Below are positions 26,440 through 39,684 of a stretch of 64,000 bases of DNA, in pieces. Position 1 is the stretch's first letter, and every line of letters begins with the position of its first letter. The notes below the pieces were generated by a model that was not told the origin of the DNA, made no database searches, and was given only the letters and a program-made list of their open reading frames with translations. The DNA is from Octopus vulgaris. Lineage: Eukaryota. The stretch spans positions 8,742,001 through 8,806,000 of the forward strand of contig OX597826.1 of NCBI GenBank assembly GCA_951406725.2. The letters are read 5' to 3'. The position numbers and the translations under genes were made by a program.

Positions 26440-27119
26440 GGGGCCGGTATGATGATGATGATGATGAAGATCCTCATCATCATCATCACCATCATCATTA
26501 TCATCATCATCATCATCATCACCATCCTCCTCATCATCACATGACGATGATTTTGGTGATGAGGATGGGGATGAGGATGAGGATGAGGAGAATGAGGAGG
26601 AGGATAATGATGATGATGATGAAGGTGAGGAGGAGGGGGAAGAGGATAATGATGATGATGATGAAGGTGAGGAGGAGGAGGAGGAGGTGGAAGAGGATGA
26701 TGATTTTTATATTATGATGATGACGATGACGAAATGGTGGTAGTGATGATGTGGTGGTAGGGGTTGTGGTTATTATGACAATGATGGTGATGGCGGGGTT
26801 GTGGCGAAGATGATGACCATGATAATGATTATCATCATCATCATCATGACGATGAATTTTTATTATTATTATGATGGTGGTGGTGGTGGTGCGTGGTAGC
26901 GACAATACTGACGTTGATGATGATGATGATGGTGTAACGGTTATGATGATTAGAGTGGAGATGAAGATTATTGTTTGAGCTAAAAATACTTCCTTGCAAT
27001 TATTGATATTTTACAATTGTGGTGGTGGTGGTGGTGGTGGTGGTGGCGGTGGCGGCGGCGGAGGCGATGGTGTTGGTGCTGATGGTGCTGATGGCTGTAT
27101 AGTAGTGATGGTTTCCAAC

Positions 27120-27166
<47 letters not shown>

Positions 27167-27305
27167 GTGGTGGTGGAGGTGGTGGTGGCGGTAGAGGTGT
27201 GGCTGTAGAGGTGTGGCTGCAGTGGTGTTGGTGATGATGATTTCCAACGGATGTGGTGGTGGTGGTGGTGGTTTTGGTGGTGGTGGTTTTGGTGGTGGTG
27301 GTGGG
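26440..27305. repeat. Compound GAT/GAG/GGT trinucleotide field
   Basis: Direct reading. Confidence 0.9.
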
Positions 27306-27754
27306 CGGGGCGGTTATTGGGGAATTCTTTTTAAATATCTTACTTGCTCCCTTTATTATTGTTGTTGTTTTATATTGTTCAGTTTTCATCATTCCGGTTC
27401 AAACAACAGGCTGATTTTTTTTTCCCTATCTTTCATCCTTACAAAATCAATACAATCAGTACCAGTCAGCTGCTGGGATCGATTAGATCGATTATATGCC
27501 TTCTCTAAAACCCGTGACCTATATTTGAAATCATTAAGTCGGTGTTTTTGGCAGAAATGTTACAGCATCGGACAAAATGTCTTGCACAATTTATTTCGTT
27601 TGGTTCGGCAATGCACAGAAGAAGAAGAAAAGCTATAACGAGGTTGGTTAGAATGCTGCTATGTCTAGCAGACGTGTATCCATTACTAAAGATTATCTAA
27701 TAAGATCGAAATCACGTGATGTGGCAGTCACATGATAAGTTGATTAAACTGACG

Positions 27755-27900
27755 CCAGTGCTCAGCTGGTACTTATTTTATCGACCTCCGAAAGGATGAA
27801 AGGCAAAGTCGGCCTCAGCGGAATATGAATCGAGACCGTAAAAATGGACGAAATGACGCTAAATATTTTCGTCGGCGCGGGAATGATTCTCTCAGGTCGT
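27755..27900 (-). mobile_element. SINE family 2, degenerate
   Basis: ctggtacttattttatcgacctccgaaaggatgaaaggcaaagtcgg is the reverse complement of the central domain. Confidence 0.75.
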
Positions 27901-28074
27901 CGTCTTAAAAAGTGCGTCATGTGGCCACCAAACAATTTACATTGTAATCGATATGGCACGCATACTTGGCATTTGAGTAAAAGGAAAGAAAATAGATGTA
28001 GAGTAATGGTTCTCAACTGGGGTCCATATAAGATTTTGCTGTTAAAATTTATGCGCAATATGTAGGTTATACGT

Positions 28075-28400
28075 ACTCTTTTACTTGTTTCAGTCATTTA
28101 ACTGTGGCCATGCTGGAACACAGCCTTAAATCGAACAAATCGACCCCAGGACTTATTCTTTGTAAGCCTAGTACTTATTCTATCGATTGCTTTTGCCGAA
28201 CCGCTAGGCTACGGGGACGTAAACACACCAGCATAGGTTGTCAAGCGATGTTGGGGGGGACAAACACAGACACAGAAACACATACACACACATATATATG
28301 TGTGTGTGTGTGTGTGCATGTGTGTGTGCGTGTGTGTGTGTGTGTGTGTACATACATACGACGGGCTTCTTTCAGTTTTCGTCTACCAAATCCACTCACA
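28075..28400 (-). mobile_element. SINE family 1, 3' two-thirds
   Basis: Reverse-complement match. Confidence 0.88.
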
Positions 28401-28590
28401 AGAAATAGGTATTTCGTCTGCCGTTACGTTCTGAGTTCAAATTCCGCCGAGGTCGACTTTGCTTTTCATCCTTTCGGGGGTCGATAAATTAAGTACCAGT
28501 TACGCACTGGGGTCGATATAATCGACTTAATCCGTTTGTCTGTCCTTGTTTGTCGTCTCTGTGTTTAGCCCCTTGTGGGTAGTAAAGAAA
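28401..28590 (+). mobile_element. SINE family 2, truncated, starting at the dimer junction
   Basis: Begins agaaataggtatttcgtctg, identical to 34291-34310. Confidence 0.88.
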
Positions 28591-29113
28591 CAGTAAAATA
28601 TATACCAGTCTGTGTGTTTGTATGCGAGTGTGCAGGTCCGGGTGTGGCTGTGGCGTCTGAGCGTGCGTCTCTGGGTAGCAACGTGTTCGTGTGCGCGCTT
28701 GTGTATATGAGTGCTTAAATGCCGGCTTATTTGCGGCATGAAACATTCTGCATTTGATTACGATATGAAAGATTTGAAAACTGTGATATTTATTGAATGA
28801 TTGAAGAAAGAGAATGAAATGGCGATAGAGGAAAACTGCCCGGCGAGGGGAAGGGAGAAGCATTGAATGGAATGAAGGGGCGAGGTGGGAGGTAACAAGT
28901 TGGTGAAGCAGTATTGTATGTCGCGATCTTCCGTTGTTGCCGTTTATCATAACGTATTTAAGTTGATGGTTCCGGTGCCTCTCTTTCTTCTAGCTCAGTG
29001 TGGCTGTCTGTTTCCGGTGCTTTTGCCTTCCCAGTTAACCACTGCAGAACATATGGAGTGTTTCGTTGTAATTAATTTCTCGTAAATGTATAAGCATATG
29101 AACGAATGACTTC

Positions 29114-29159
<46 letters not shown>

Positions 29160-29245
29160 CACAGAGGCACGCACACACAGAAATATGTGTGTGTGTGTGT
29201 GTGTGTGTACAAACGCACACACATACACACACATAGATAGATAGG

Positions 29246-29307
<62 letters not shown>

Positions 29308-30539
29308 TGTTTCTTTATTAGCCACACAGGGCTGCACACAGATAGAACAAATTACAAGGTAGAGCTTTTCTTTTGAAGGTTTAAAAAAAAAAAAAAAAAA
29401 AAAAGAAAAAGGAAGGGGGATTTTCGATCAAAAGGGGTCGTAAAAGGAGAGAAAGAGGACAAAAAAAGGGGGGTTAAAAAAAAGGGGGAGAGGAAAAAAA
29501 ATTGATCAATAGGGATCGTTATCACAGAAATGTCAATATGAAGTGTAAAGGGGAGGACAGGTGAGGTTTACCCGTGGAAAGAAAAGCCTACGGAAAAGAC
29601 CACGGTAACCTCGGTCAATGAAATCACATTTTATATTTCTTTTTTTTTTTTTTTGCAAATAAGCAACTCTCTGTTTTCGATTTCTGGGTTCATAGGACTA
29701 TGCTCAAGGTGGCTTCGTCATTCATACGTGCCATTCTTGCTACATTCACCCATCTTTTTTTAAAACATTCGCTAGACAAAACTTGCCTCTCTACTCTCAC
29801 TTTCCTTTTCAAGTGGTACTTGAAGAAGTTGATGAGAGATTGACCAGAGAGGAAAGTGTTTGTCTCCAATCCTTTCAGACGCGTCCACCAGATACATTCT
29901 TTCGCCATAGCCACAAGGATGATGAAAATAGCTCTTCCTTCCCGTTTGAAGGAAGGAGGCGTGACAATATTGACGATAGACTCAGCTGATAGACCGACTC
30001 GTCCCACACGTGACAGCAGTTGTTCGACATAAGCCCACAGGTCGGAAATTGTTGGACACTGAACGAGTGCGTGCAGAACGGTTTCGTCGCTCTGACCGCA
30101 TCTCGGGCAGGTCGGCCCCGTGTTTCTCGAGCCGTGTCTGTAGAGCTTATCCCGAACGGGTAGCGCTTCTCGGTAGCACTGCCAGGCCAGGGATCTCTGG
30201 AAGTTGTCCATGGGCCCTGGCCCGAAAGTCGTCCTGAACAGGCGGGTCAGGTACTCCTCGTCGACGTCCAGGTTCGCCCCGAGCTCGTCGTCGTACCTCC
30301 CCTCCACTAAACCCCTATAGAATGCTTTGGTTGTGTTGAAGTCACTTAAGGTCGACCCAGGACGGCAGAGTTGCTTGAGAGCAACGCGACACTCGCGGTG
30401 CCATTCGCCCTTCCTCGGCCTCTTTTTGATCCACGACTGCAGTTCGGTCATGGAGACGAGCTGCGGGAAAGCGTGCCTCACAAACGGCGACCACACCTGT
30501 TCACCGTCGTCTACATAGAGCCAGAGATGCCGCAGTCTC

Positions 30540-30540
<1 letters not shown>
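29308..30540 (-). mobile_element. 5'-truncated Tx1/L1-type LINE embedded in (GATA)n
   Basis: ORF2 C-terminus, pyrimidine-rich 3' UTR, end ...gccctgtgtggctaataaagaaaca; (GATA)n on both sides (29233-29307 and 30541-30872). Confidence 0.9.
29690..30538 (-). CDS. LINE ORF2 C-terminal part (zf-RVT-like region and CCHC knuckle), partial
   Basis: Stop-free from the truncation point: RLRHLWLY...[16 protein letters not shown]...[18 protein letters not shown]...[10 protein letters not shown]. Confidence 0.85.
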   Translation of the reverse strand, partial: RLRHLWLYVDDGEQVWSPFVRHAFPQLVSMTELQSWIKKRPRKGEWHRECRVALKQLCRPGSTLSDFNTTKAFYRGLVEGRYDDELGANLDVDEEYLTRLFRTTFGPGPMDNFQRSLAWQCYREALPVRDKLYRHGSRNTGPTCPRCGQSDETVLHALVQCPTISDLWAYVEQLLSRVGRVGLSAESIVNIVTPPSFKREGRAIFIILVAMAKECIWWTRLKGLETNTFLSGQSLINFFKYHLKRKVRVERQVLSSECFKKRWVNVARMARMNDEATLSIVL

Positions 30541-30598
<58 letters not shown>

Positions 30599-30715
30599 CA
30601 GACCGACAAACAGTCAGACAGACAGACAGACAGACAGAAAGATAGATAGATAGACAGACAGACAGGCAGGCAGGCAGACTGACAGACAGACAGACAGACA
30701 GATAGATAGACAGAC

Positions 30716-30781
<66 letters not shown>

Positions 30782-30795
30782 AGTAAAGAGAAAGG

Positions 30796-30873
<78 letters not shown>

Positions 30874-30937
30874 TCGACAGAAATTAGATAGCAAGTTAGA
30901 TTATATATAAATGTGTGCGTGCGTGCGTGCGTGCGTG

Positions 30938-31110
30938 TGTGGAGGCGCGTTGCTGAGTGGTTAGGGTGTTACACTCATGACCATAAAATTGTGGTTTCGA
31001 TTCTTCGACCGGGCGATGCAATGTGTTCTTGAGTAAAACACTTCATGTTGCGCCAGTCTACTCAGCTGGTACGAATGAATAATCCAAAGACGGACCAGTG
31101 TCCTATCCAG
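30938..31110 (+). mobile_element. Degenerate SINE related to family 3
   Basis: tgtggaggcgcgttgctgagtggttaggg...gtttcgattc...gaccgggcgatgc matches the head at 8367. Confidence 0.7.
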
Positions 31111-31649
31111 TAAGTGTCACGTACGTCCAGGAGATAGATGGTAAATGTTTTAATCTTTCATTCCCTTCGAGTTTTTATCCCTAATAGTGGTTTGGACTTT
31201 AGCTGTTCCTTCTAGCGTGAATGGAATCCTATGATGGCTACCACTTATGTGTTTAAATGTACACAGTATTTATATGAATAATATATAGTCTATTGACTAA
31301 TTTTTGTACACGCTAGGCCACAGATAGTAATACATATATATATAGCGTTATAAGAATTTAGAAACTTCGAGAATGTAAAACAAATCGCCTTTATTGTTTG
31401 TTTCTTTTAATCTATAAATAATAGTGTGTAGGATAATGGGCTAAAAACATGCCCTTTGAATGGAAAAGTTCGAAAAGTGCCCGTACCTTTCTACTTTTTC
31501 CATCTAAGAAGTTCTTTAGTTGACCACTGTATGTGTGTATATGTATGTATATATACACGCGCGCATGTACACACATATATGTGTGTGTTTATGTGTGTTT
31601 ATAGGTGTGGAGTGAGTCTCTCAGGGTATATTTTTTTTCTTATTTCTTA

Positions 31650-31845
31650 TTTTATCTAGTTTCAGCTCACGCGCTGTGGCCATGCTGGGGCACTGCCATT
31701 TGGTATTCCTCCATAATTTTACTTCGCGAATGCCTTTTAGGAATTAGACATTTAAGGCATGAGAGAGTTTGATGCAGCTGCCCTCATCTGCACCTCCGGC
31801 CACGAGGCTGGTTCATCTGGGACACTTGACAGGAAGAGGTCCAGC
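31650..31845 (-). mobile_element. CR1-like LINE 3' end
   Basis: Translates LDLFLSSVPDEP...RAAASNSL, resembling invertebrate CR1 ORF2 C-termini; tail tggcagtgccccagcatggccacagcgcgtgagctgaaactagataaa. Confidence 0.7.
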
Positions 31846-32669
31846 TATGTGTACAATTCTCTTTTAGTTTTTTGTTTGTTTTACCATGAAAGCTAGTTTG
31901 AGTACAGCCTTAACATTTGAATGTTCTACGCCATTTTTATTATATCTGTATATGTCCTTAGGTGCATCGTTTTCAGTTGTTTTACCATAATAGTGAATCA
32001 ACGAATTAATAGAGGACGCTTCAGCTTAGTTCTATTTTTGTGATTTAGAATTGTAGGAAAAATTCTATTTACATACCTTTTAAAAGTTCCAGTGTGTATA
32101 TGTGTGTGTTTGTATGTGTATATGAGTGTTCTGACTTCGTTTTTCAAATTTCTCTCCCATAGAGAAACATCCAGTTACCATCACAAAGTAAATGCCTTCT
32201 TTTACAATATAGACAATATCAAATAACTTAAGGCGGTAGCGAGTGATTTGAAACATTAATTCGGTTACTATTTCTACCTGGTCACACGACTGCTCAGAGG
32301 CTGTCTCGCTTGGACCTAGCATTGAGATGTTGTTGTAGCAGCTGCCGTTGTGCTTTAGTACTAGATGAGATCCTACGCTCAAAGACATCCTAATCATGGT
32401 CATTTCGATAATCCATTATAACATTATCAAACGTATACTTTAAGACCCATTAGTGTTGCTCAAGCAGATAGAGGTCCCCACGTTGATTCGAGCTTTTCAA
32501 TGCTAGAATTCAATGATACAACAGTAAGCGGTCGGCTCATCTCGGTGAATTTTAATGTTTGTCAGCATATGTGATATGGCTCTTGTTGCTGTTATGTGAG
32601 AAGTTTTTTTTCTTTGTCCTTCGTGGAGGTAAAAAGTTAACTTGATAAAGACCGTATCAAATGAGCCAC

Positions 32670-32841
32670 TGGTATATTCTGCCACTACTGTCTATTACAG
32701 ATCTAATCGCATTAGTGAAATGTTAAATTTAGACTGAGTTCCTACAGTAACTGTTGATCTAGGCAAGCTGGAGAAATCTGGTCTGTCCACTTAATTATTT
32801 TAACACACACACACACACACTACACCACATATACACATACC

Positions 32842-32884
<43 letters not shown>

Positions 32885-32899
32885 ATGTGTGTGTGTGTA

Positions 32900-32936
<37 letters not shown>

Positions 32937-33185
32937 ATATATATATATGTATGTATATATGTATGTATATATGTATATGTATATATATTATATCTATATA
33001 TATATATATGCATATAATCATACATATATATATATTTACCTATATACATATATGTGTGTGTGTGTATATATATATATGTGTGTGTGTATATATATATGTG
33101 TGTATGTGTCTATGTGTGTGAGTGTGTATCTAACGCTTCGTCTCTGGACACACTCACACACCACACCACACCACATATACACATA

Positions 33186-33251
<66 letters not shown>

Positions 33252-34600
33252 CATATATGTATATATATGAATGTATCTATGTATGTATATATATATATAT
33301 TATATCTCTATCTATATATATATATGCATATATTCATACATATATATATTTACCTATATACATATATGTGTGTGTGTATATATATATGTGCGTATGTGTA
33401 TATGTGTGTGTGTGTGTGTGTGTATGTGTGTGTCTATGTGTGTGTGTGTATATATATATATGTGTGTATGTGTGTGTATGTGTGTGTCTATGTGTGTGTG
33501 TGTGAGTGTGTATCTAACGCTTCGTCTCTGGACATTATAGAACCTTTTAACGTTTAACGATCTTGATTCTCAACTGCGATGCGTTTGATGCATTTGCTTT
33601 CAATGCGATTTAAACTCGTTGATAAATGTACGAAGAAGATTTCGTATTAGCAGTTAGGACCAATTCGAAATGCTTAATCCAATTAATCTTTATAATCAGA
33701 CATCATCTAGAAGTTGATGTAAATGTTACGTTTCGTCTGTTCGTTACTTTCACCTGAAAGCCGAGAAAAGATCTTCCTCCTTTTCTTCTAGGTCTTCACT
33801 TTCGAATTTAACATATTTTGGAAGAATTTAACAGTACCTTATCATAAGATTTGAGACTTGCCAAAAATGTGCTCTTTGTTGTATGCCTTCCGTGTTCATA
33901 TTTCAAATCGCCATTGCTCCTGATGATATCATTCACATCAGTGTTGCTGCAAGCTGATTGTATATACGCCGGCACAGTTATAGATACCTTATGGTCTATA
34001 TCCCACGAAGACACGAAAAGAGAACCAGACACTCTCTATTACTGTCAATAGGTAATAGTCACGGAAGGAGACGAGCTGGCAGAAACGTTAGCACGCCGGG
34101 TGAAATGCTTTGCGATATTTCGTCCGCCGCTGCGTTCTGAGTTCAAATTACGCCGAGGTCGACTTTACCTTTCATCCTTTCGGGGTCGATAAATTAAGTA
34201 CCAGTTACGCACTGGGGTAGATATAATCGACTTAACCCGTGTGTCTGTCCTTGTTTGTCCCCTCTGTGTTTAGCCCCTTGTGGGCAGTAAAGAAATAGGT
34301 ATTTCGTCTGCCACTACGTTCTGAGTTCAAATTTCGCCGAGGTCGACTTTACCTTTCATCCTTACGGGGTCGATAAATTAAGTACCAGTTACGTACTGGG
34401 GTCGATATAATCGACTTAATCCGTTTGTCTATCCCTGTTTGTCTCCTCTGTGTCTAGCCCCTTGTGGGTAGTAAAGAAATAGGTAATAGTCACGGAATAG
34501 CAATGCTCAAAATATCTTGACTGTCAAATATTTATTGTCTGATACTAAGCACCATTTTACTAACTATTTGAATCCGTTAAGTTACTGTTCACAAAGGTAA
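32670..34600 (-). pseudogene. Heavily decayed RTE-like LINE, interrupted by microsatellites and a SINE dimer
   Basis: Fragments LCRRIYNQLA, GRHTTKSTFLASLKS, EEKEEDLFSAF and WTDQI...NRQ*WQNI occur in the expected order. Confidence 0.5.
34067..34477 (+). mobile_element. SINE family 2 head-to-tail dimer with 20-bp TSD
   Basis: Full unit plus a headless unit from 34298; AATAGGTAATAGTCACGGAA at 34047-34066 and 34478-34497. Confidence 0.92.
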
Positions 34601-34909
34601 TTGCACCGAGCATTAAATAACTAAATGGAAGGAATCATGTGGTTACGAATAGAAACATTATCAGCTCTTTTCATCTTCCATTTATCTTTTGTTTTAGTCA
34701 CTGGACTTAGTCATGCTTGGACAGTCACTGAAAGGGTTTAAACCGAGCAAATCGACCCCAGGACGTATTTTTAACTTGGGTGCTAATTATATCCGTCTTT
34801 TTCACCAAATCACTATTTGATGGACGTACACAAACCGACACCCGTGGTCATGTGATGGGTGGAGACAAACATAGATACAAACAGGCGCGCACAATTATAC
34901 ACACACACG

Positions 34910-34941
<32 letters not shown>

Positions 34942-34946
34942 TGACC

Positions 34947-35009
34947 CTTTTTTCTCTCCTTGTTTTTTTCTGTGTCCCTTTCTGTAGAAGAGCGTAGGCT
35001 CGAAACGTA
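34947..35009 (+). mobile_element. HHR family A fragment ending at the predicted cleavage site
   Basis: ...cttt CTGTAGA A gagcgtaggctc GAAACGTA, then a TAT-rich microsatellite. Confidence 0.7.
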
Positions 35010-35237
35010 TTATTATCATTATTATTATTATTAGGTGTATTATATTATATTATTCTTAATAGCTGAAGTATAAACAGATGTAGGAGAAAGTTATTAAAAG
35101 AGAAATAATAGTGAAGTTTAAAAAATTAATGTATCTTAAGAATATTGTTGTTATGTAGGAATGAAAAGGTATATACATAAGGAATATATATATATATATA
35201 CACACATACATACATATATATACATATGCATATACAT

Positions 35238-35280
<43 letters not shown>

Positions 35281-35745
35281 CATAAATGTGTGTTGAGAAG
35301 GGAGTATTATTGCAGCTGTTCGTATTATTCTATTTATATAATTATAATTATACACAAACATATATATATATACATATAAACATGTGATATGTTTTCTATT
35401 GAAGGCTTTAGACAAAAGTTCACAATAAGTTGGTTAGAGTTTATATTAATACCTGTGATATTAGTTGGTACTGCAAGTCATAAATTTCCGGGTATTTATC
35501 AAAATGCTTTATTATTTTCCGTTATTTTTTGTTTATCGAGTAGCTGACATCCTGCGGGAAGTGGGGAGGGTGTTTTTGCTCAGTCCCGTAATCTAATTGG
35601 TCATCTATTGTTTTAAAAGGCCGTGACTTTCTTATGGTTGGTGAATGGATAACCGATAACATAAAACAAATTAGGCAAAAATATATATAAATAAATCAAA
35701 AACAAAAACAAAATGTAGATGAATCCATATATATATATATATACA

Positions 35746-36914
35746 CGAGCAAAATGCCCTCTGTCCAATGGATGGTGCTGAGCTGTCAAACATTTAAACC
35801 AAATTTGTCCGACCGTCCCATAGGCTTCCCCTTTGAGAAACACTGATTTAACCTAAATTTGAGACACCAGCAAAAGAAGAAATAAAGATAGAATTTTTTT
35901 CTATTCCAAAGAAAAACGATTTTATTCACACAAATATGCAACCGAAGAAGAAACATTTCATGAGCAAGTAAAGACATTAAAAGTTGTCAAGATTAATGTC
36001 AACACAAAAAGGCAAGGTGCACATATTTTCAATGTAAATGCTATGCAATTGAACTTCAACTTTAGGGAAATAACTGTCTTCTCGCCGTAAAAACACCAAT
36101 ACATTTCAAACAATAACACAATTATAATTAAAAATGCAAAAGTATCGCATTTTCATCCAAAAAAACACAAAAACTGGTCAATTGTAGGTTAACTGTGTAC
36201 GTTTAGAAAATGCAAATATTGCACAATTAAGAAGCAAGCGAATAGTCTTTTGTTTCTAAAATTGAAGTATTTTGACTACATTCATCTTGAAATAAAGCTC
36301 AAACAATCTTGATTGAATACAATAATGGTTTTCTTTCACTAAAAAAACACACTTTTTTAGGTTTAAAGCTGTAAGGCAACAAAAATCATTTATTAGCAAG
36401 AAAATAGTATTTTCTTCCTTGAATAAAAAGCAATCAGTGTTTTCTTTTCATTAAAAAATAATTAAGCATTCCTTTATTTCAATAACATTTTTGGTTTTGT
36501 TAAACGAAGTTAAGGCAAAAGAAACTTCTTGAGAAACCAAATAGTCTTTCCTTCCTTCATGCCAAGTTTGAAGAAAATATCTCTTTTGCATCTTACTTTT
36601 TTGGTCTCTTAAATATACTGCATTTTGTGGCATTATTTCAAACCAGCCGACATATTTGCGCAAACTGCACGTGCACTTTTCTCGCGTACGCGTAGTATCG
36701 ATCGCAACAGCTGATGTACTTGCACGTACAAATGCACGTTCTCACGGCTTTATCGATCTATTATCACCTGGAATCGATTTTTGTAATTTTTTCAAGACTT
36801 ATACACGCCCTAATACCGTCGGTATCTACATATCAAATTTGAGCGCAATCGGATGGAGGATGCCCGAGATCCTAGAAGACACACACACAGACAGAACGGA
36901 TTTTATATAATAGA
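35746..36914 (-). mobile_element. Non-autonomous Helitron-like element
   Basis: Minus strand starts A|TCtattatataaaatccgttctgtctgtgtg and ends with an imperfect hairpin and CTCG|T. Confidence 0.6.
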
Positions 36915-37559
36915 TATGAATTTTAAGTTAAAATGATATTACTAGGGGGATATTGTTTTAGTATACTGCATATGAAAGATAATTTATTACAAATTTATTT
37001 TAAAAAAAACAGTATATAATATTACATGTATATGCAGATATATATATAAGAAGGTATATATTAAGTTAGATATAATTATATACATGTATGTATAAATTAC
37101 TATAGTTGCTACTTTTGCATTTATATATGGATATGTGTGTATATATGTATATTTAAGCGCAGACTTGTGTATATATATATATTTATGTATGCACACACAT
37201 ATATGTGGGTTTAGGTAGGTATGCATATGTTTTTGTTTTCTGCTGGTAGCTTATGTGTGTGTGTGGGTATATACATGTGTATGTGTATATGTATATATGT
37301 GTATATGTGTATATATGTATGTATATATATATGGTTGTATATGTATATATATGTGCATGTGTGTATACATGTATATATATATATATACACATGCATATAT
37401 ATACATGTATATATATACATATATATACATAATATATATATGTATATACATATATGTGTGCATGCGTGTGTGTATATACATATATATACATTTAATAATT
37501 CGTGTCATCAAAATATTTGTAATGCCTCCCCCAAAATAATATATGCTTATTACCAGAAA

Positions 37560-37990
37560 AGATAAAGGAATTAAAAGATCTAATTACCCATAGAAGGCTT
37601 GTTCAAAGTAAAGGATAATCGATGAACCTGAAAGAGTTGTTGACAATGGGAAAGCTTGGTCTAAACAACAACGGTCAATAACCATGGCAATGGTACCTGG
37701 CTATCAATACATATCTGCACACAAGGAGAATATTTACATTTGCAAATATGACCAGTAACAGCAAAAATTTGTGATTTACTGTATGAAATGCCCGAATTCT
37801 GAGGAAAAGTATATCTAGCAGACCGGTAATTCATTATCAGAATGCATGTGAGTACACAATCAGCAAATTAGGTGCCCTAAGTGCTAGTTAGAATCTTGCT
37901 GTGATGAAGATGTTTTAATATTTCTGTTTTATAAAGTTTATGAAACAAAAGAATCTACAAGAAAGGTGAAAGAAAAAATTCTTGAGATGG
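37560..37990 (+). pseudogene. Decayed Penelope-like GIY-YIG endonuclease region
   Basis: LVQSKG*SMNLKELLT...NMTSNSKN / VIYCMKCPNSEEKYI*QTGNSLSECM*VHNQQIR matches the PLE pattern VIYxIxCxxCxxxYIGQT...RxxxH. Confidence 0.8.
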
Positions 37991-38697
37991 TATAATTAGT
38001 TGTGAAAGGACAATTACATTAATGAGAAATTAATTTGGTTTCAAAATTAAATTCACTGAAAATCTTCTGCAATTCTGTATGGATTCTAGTGATTATTCCC
38101 CTTTAAATAACCTACAAACATATCTATAGCAAATGTTTCTATGTAAATAATCACTTTTACCTGAAGCTGTTGTATAAAAAAATGCTAGTATTTGCAAGAA
38201 TACAAAATTAAAAGTGTAAACCCAGTCATGTTGGAATTGGATTCACCAATATATTATCTCTACACAATATTAAAAACTTTAGTCCATGTGCACTTACATA
38301 CATACATATATATACATGTATATCCCTAGGTAAATATATATATATGTGTGTGTGTGTATACATTTATTTATATGTATATATGTATACGTATAAATATGTG
38401 TATATTTATATGTATATGTATATATACACAAACATGTTTATACATACATATATATATAGAGAGAGAGAGAGAGGGAGGTAGACAGACAGAGAGAGCTAGA
38501 TAGATACACATATTCATATATATATATATATATATATATATGCATGCATAAATATATATATATATATAAAGGTATATATAAAGGTATATATATTTATATA
38601 TACATATATGTGTGTATATATATATACATATATATATATACATGTATGTATATATATACATATATATATATATGTATATATATGTATGTATATATAC

Positions 38698-38767
<70 letters not shown>

Positions 38768-39536
38768 ACACATACATACGGATGAATATATTTGATTCTG
38801 CAAACGAAAGAAAAAGAAGTCAGCACGCTTAACAGAGTATATATAATCTTTTATTAGTTGTACTATTATGGGACTTACTAAAGAGCCTCAAGGCATTTAT
38901 CAAACAGTTGATCAAAAAAATAATGGCGGTCTTTTTTTATTTTTACAGTATCTAAAAAGAAGGTTCTAAATAGCTCTAAGAAAACCATTACTGTCACATG
39001 AGTACAGTGTTTAAGACTGAAAACTTACTGGTTTCATGCACTGTAAATGAAAGATGGTGTATGTATGCGTAACAAAAGTACAAACACACAGAAGAGTATT
39101 TGAACGTAGGCGTGTATATACATAAATATATATATATATATATATATGTATACATATGTGTGTATATAAGTGCTTATAGACCAGAGTTGGTAATATTGTG
39201 AGACATAATTTTCTGTGTATATATTTATATATATATATATATACACACACAAACATACACACATACATACATATATGTGTACACATATATATGTGTGTAT
39301 ACATATACATATATACACACACACATTCACACAGAAGGACGAAATAACAAGCAGCACAGATATTTATTTGAATAAATAGGCAAGTAAGCTGGTATATTAA
39401 TAGCATATACGTCAGCTTACATGTCTGCACATACATTCTTGTAATGAAAATCACATATTTGAACCATATACACACATATGCACACTTGTATTGGTACGTG
39501 CAGGTGCATACAGTCACGCCAAACACATAGGCATGC

Positions 39537-39574
<38 letters not shown>

Positions 39575-39684
39575 GTATGTATATATGTATTTATGAATGT
39601 ATATGTATATATACATATATATATACATGCATATATATAGATATATATACATACATTCAAAAAAAAAAATATATATATATATAT

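Noticed and set aside
38158-38192. Decayed HHR downstream of the GIY-YIG relic (tacctgaagctgttgtataaaaaaatgctagta)
   Set aside because: Position is suggestive, but too many core changes to call
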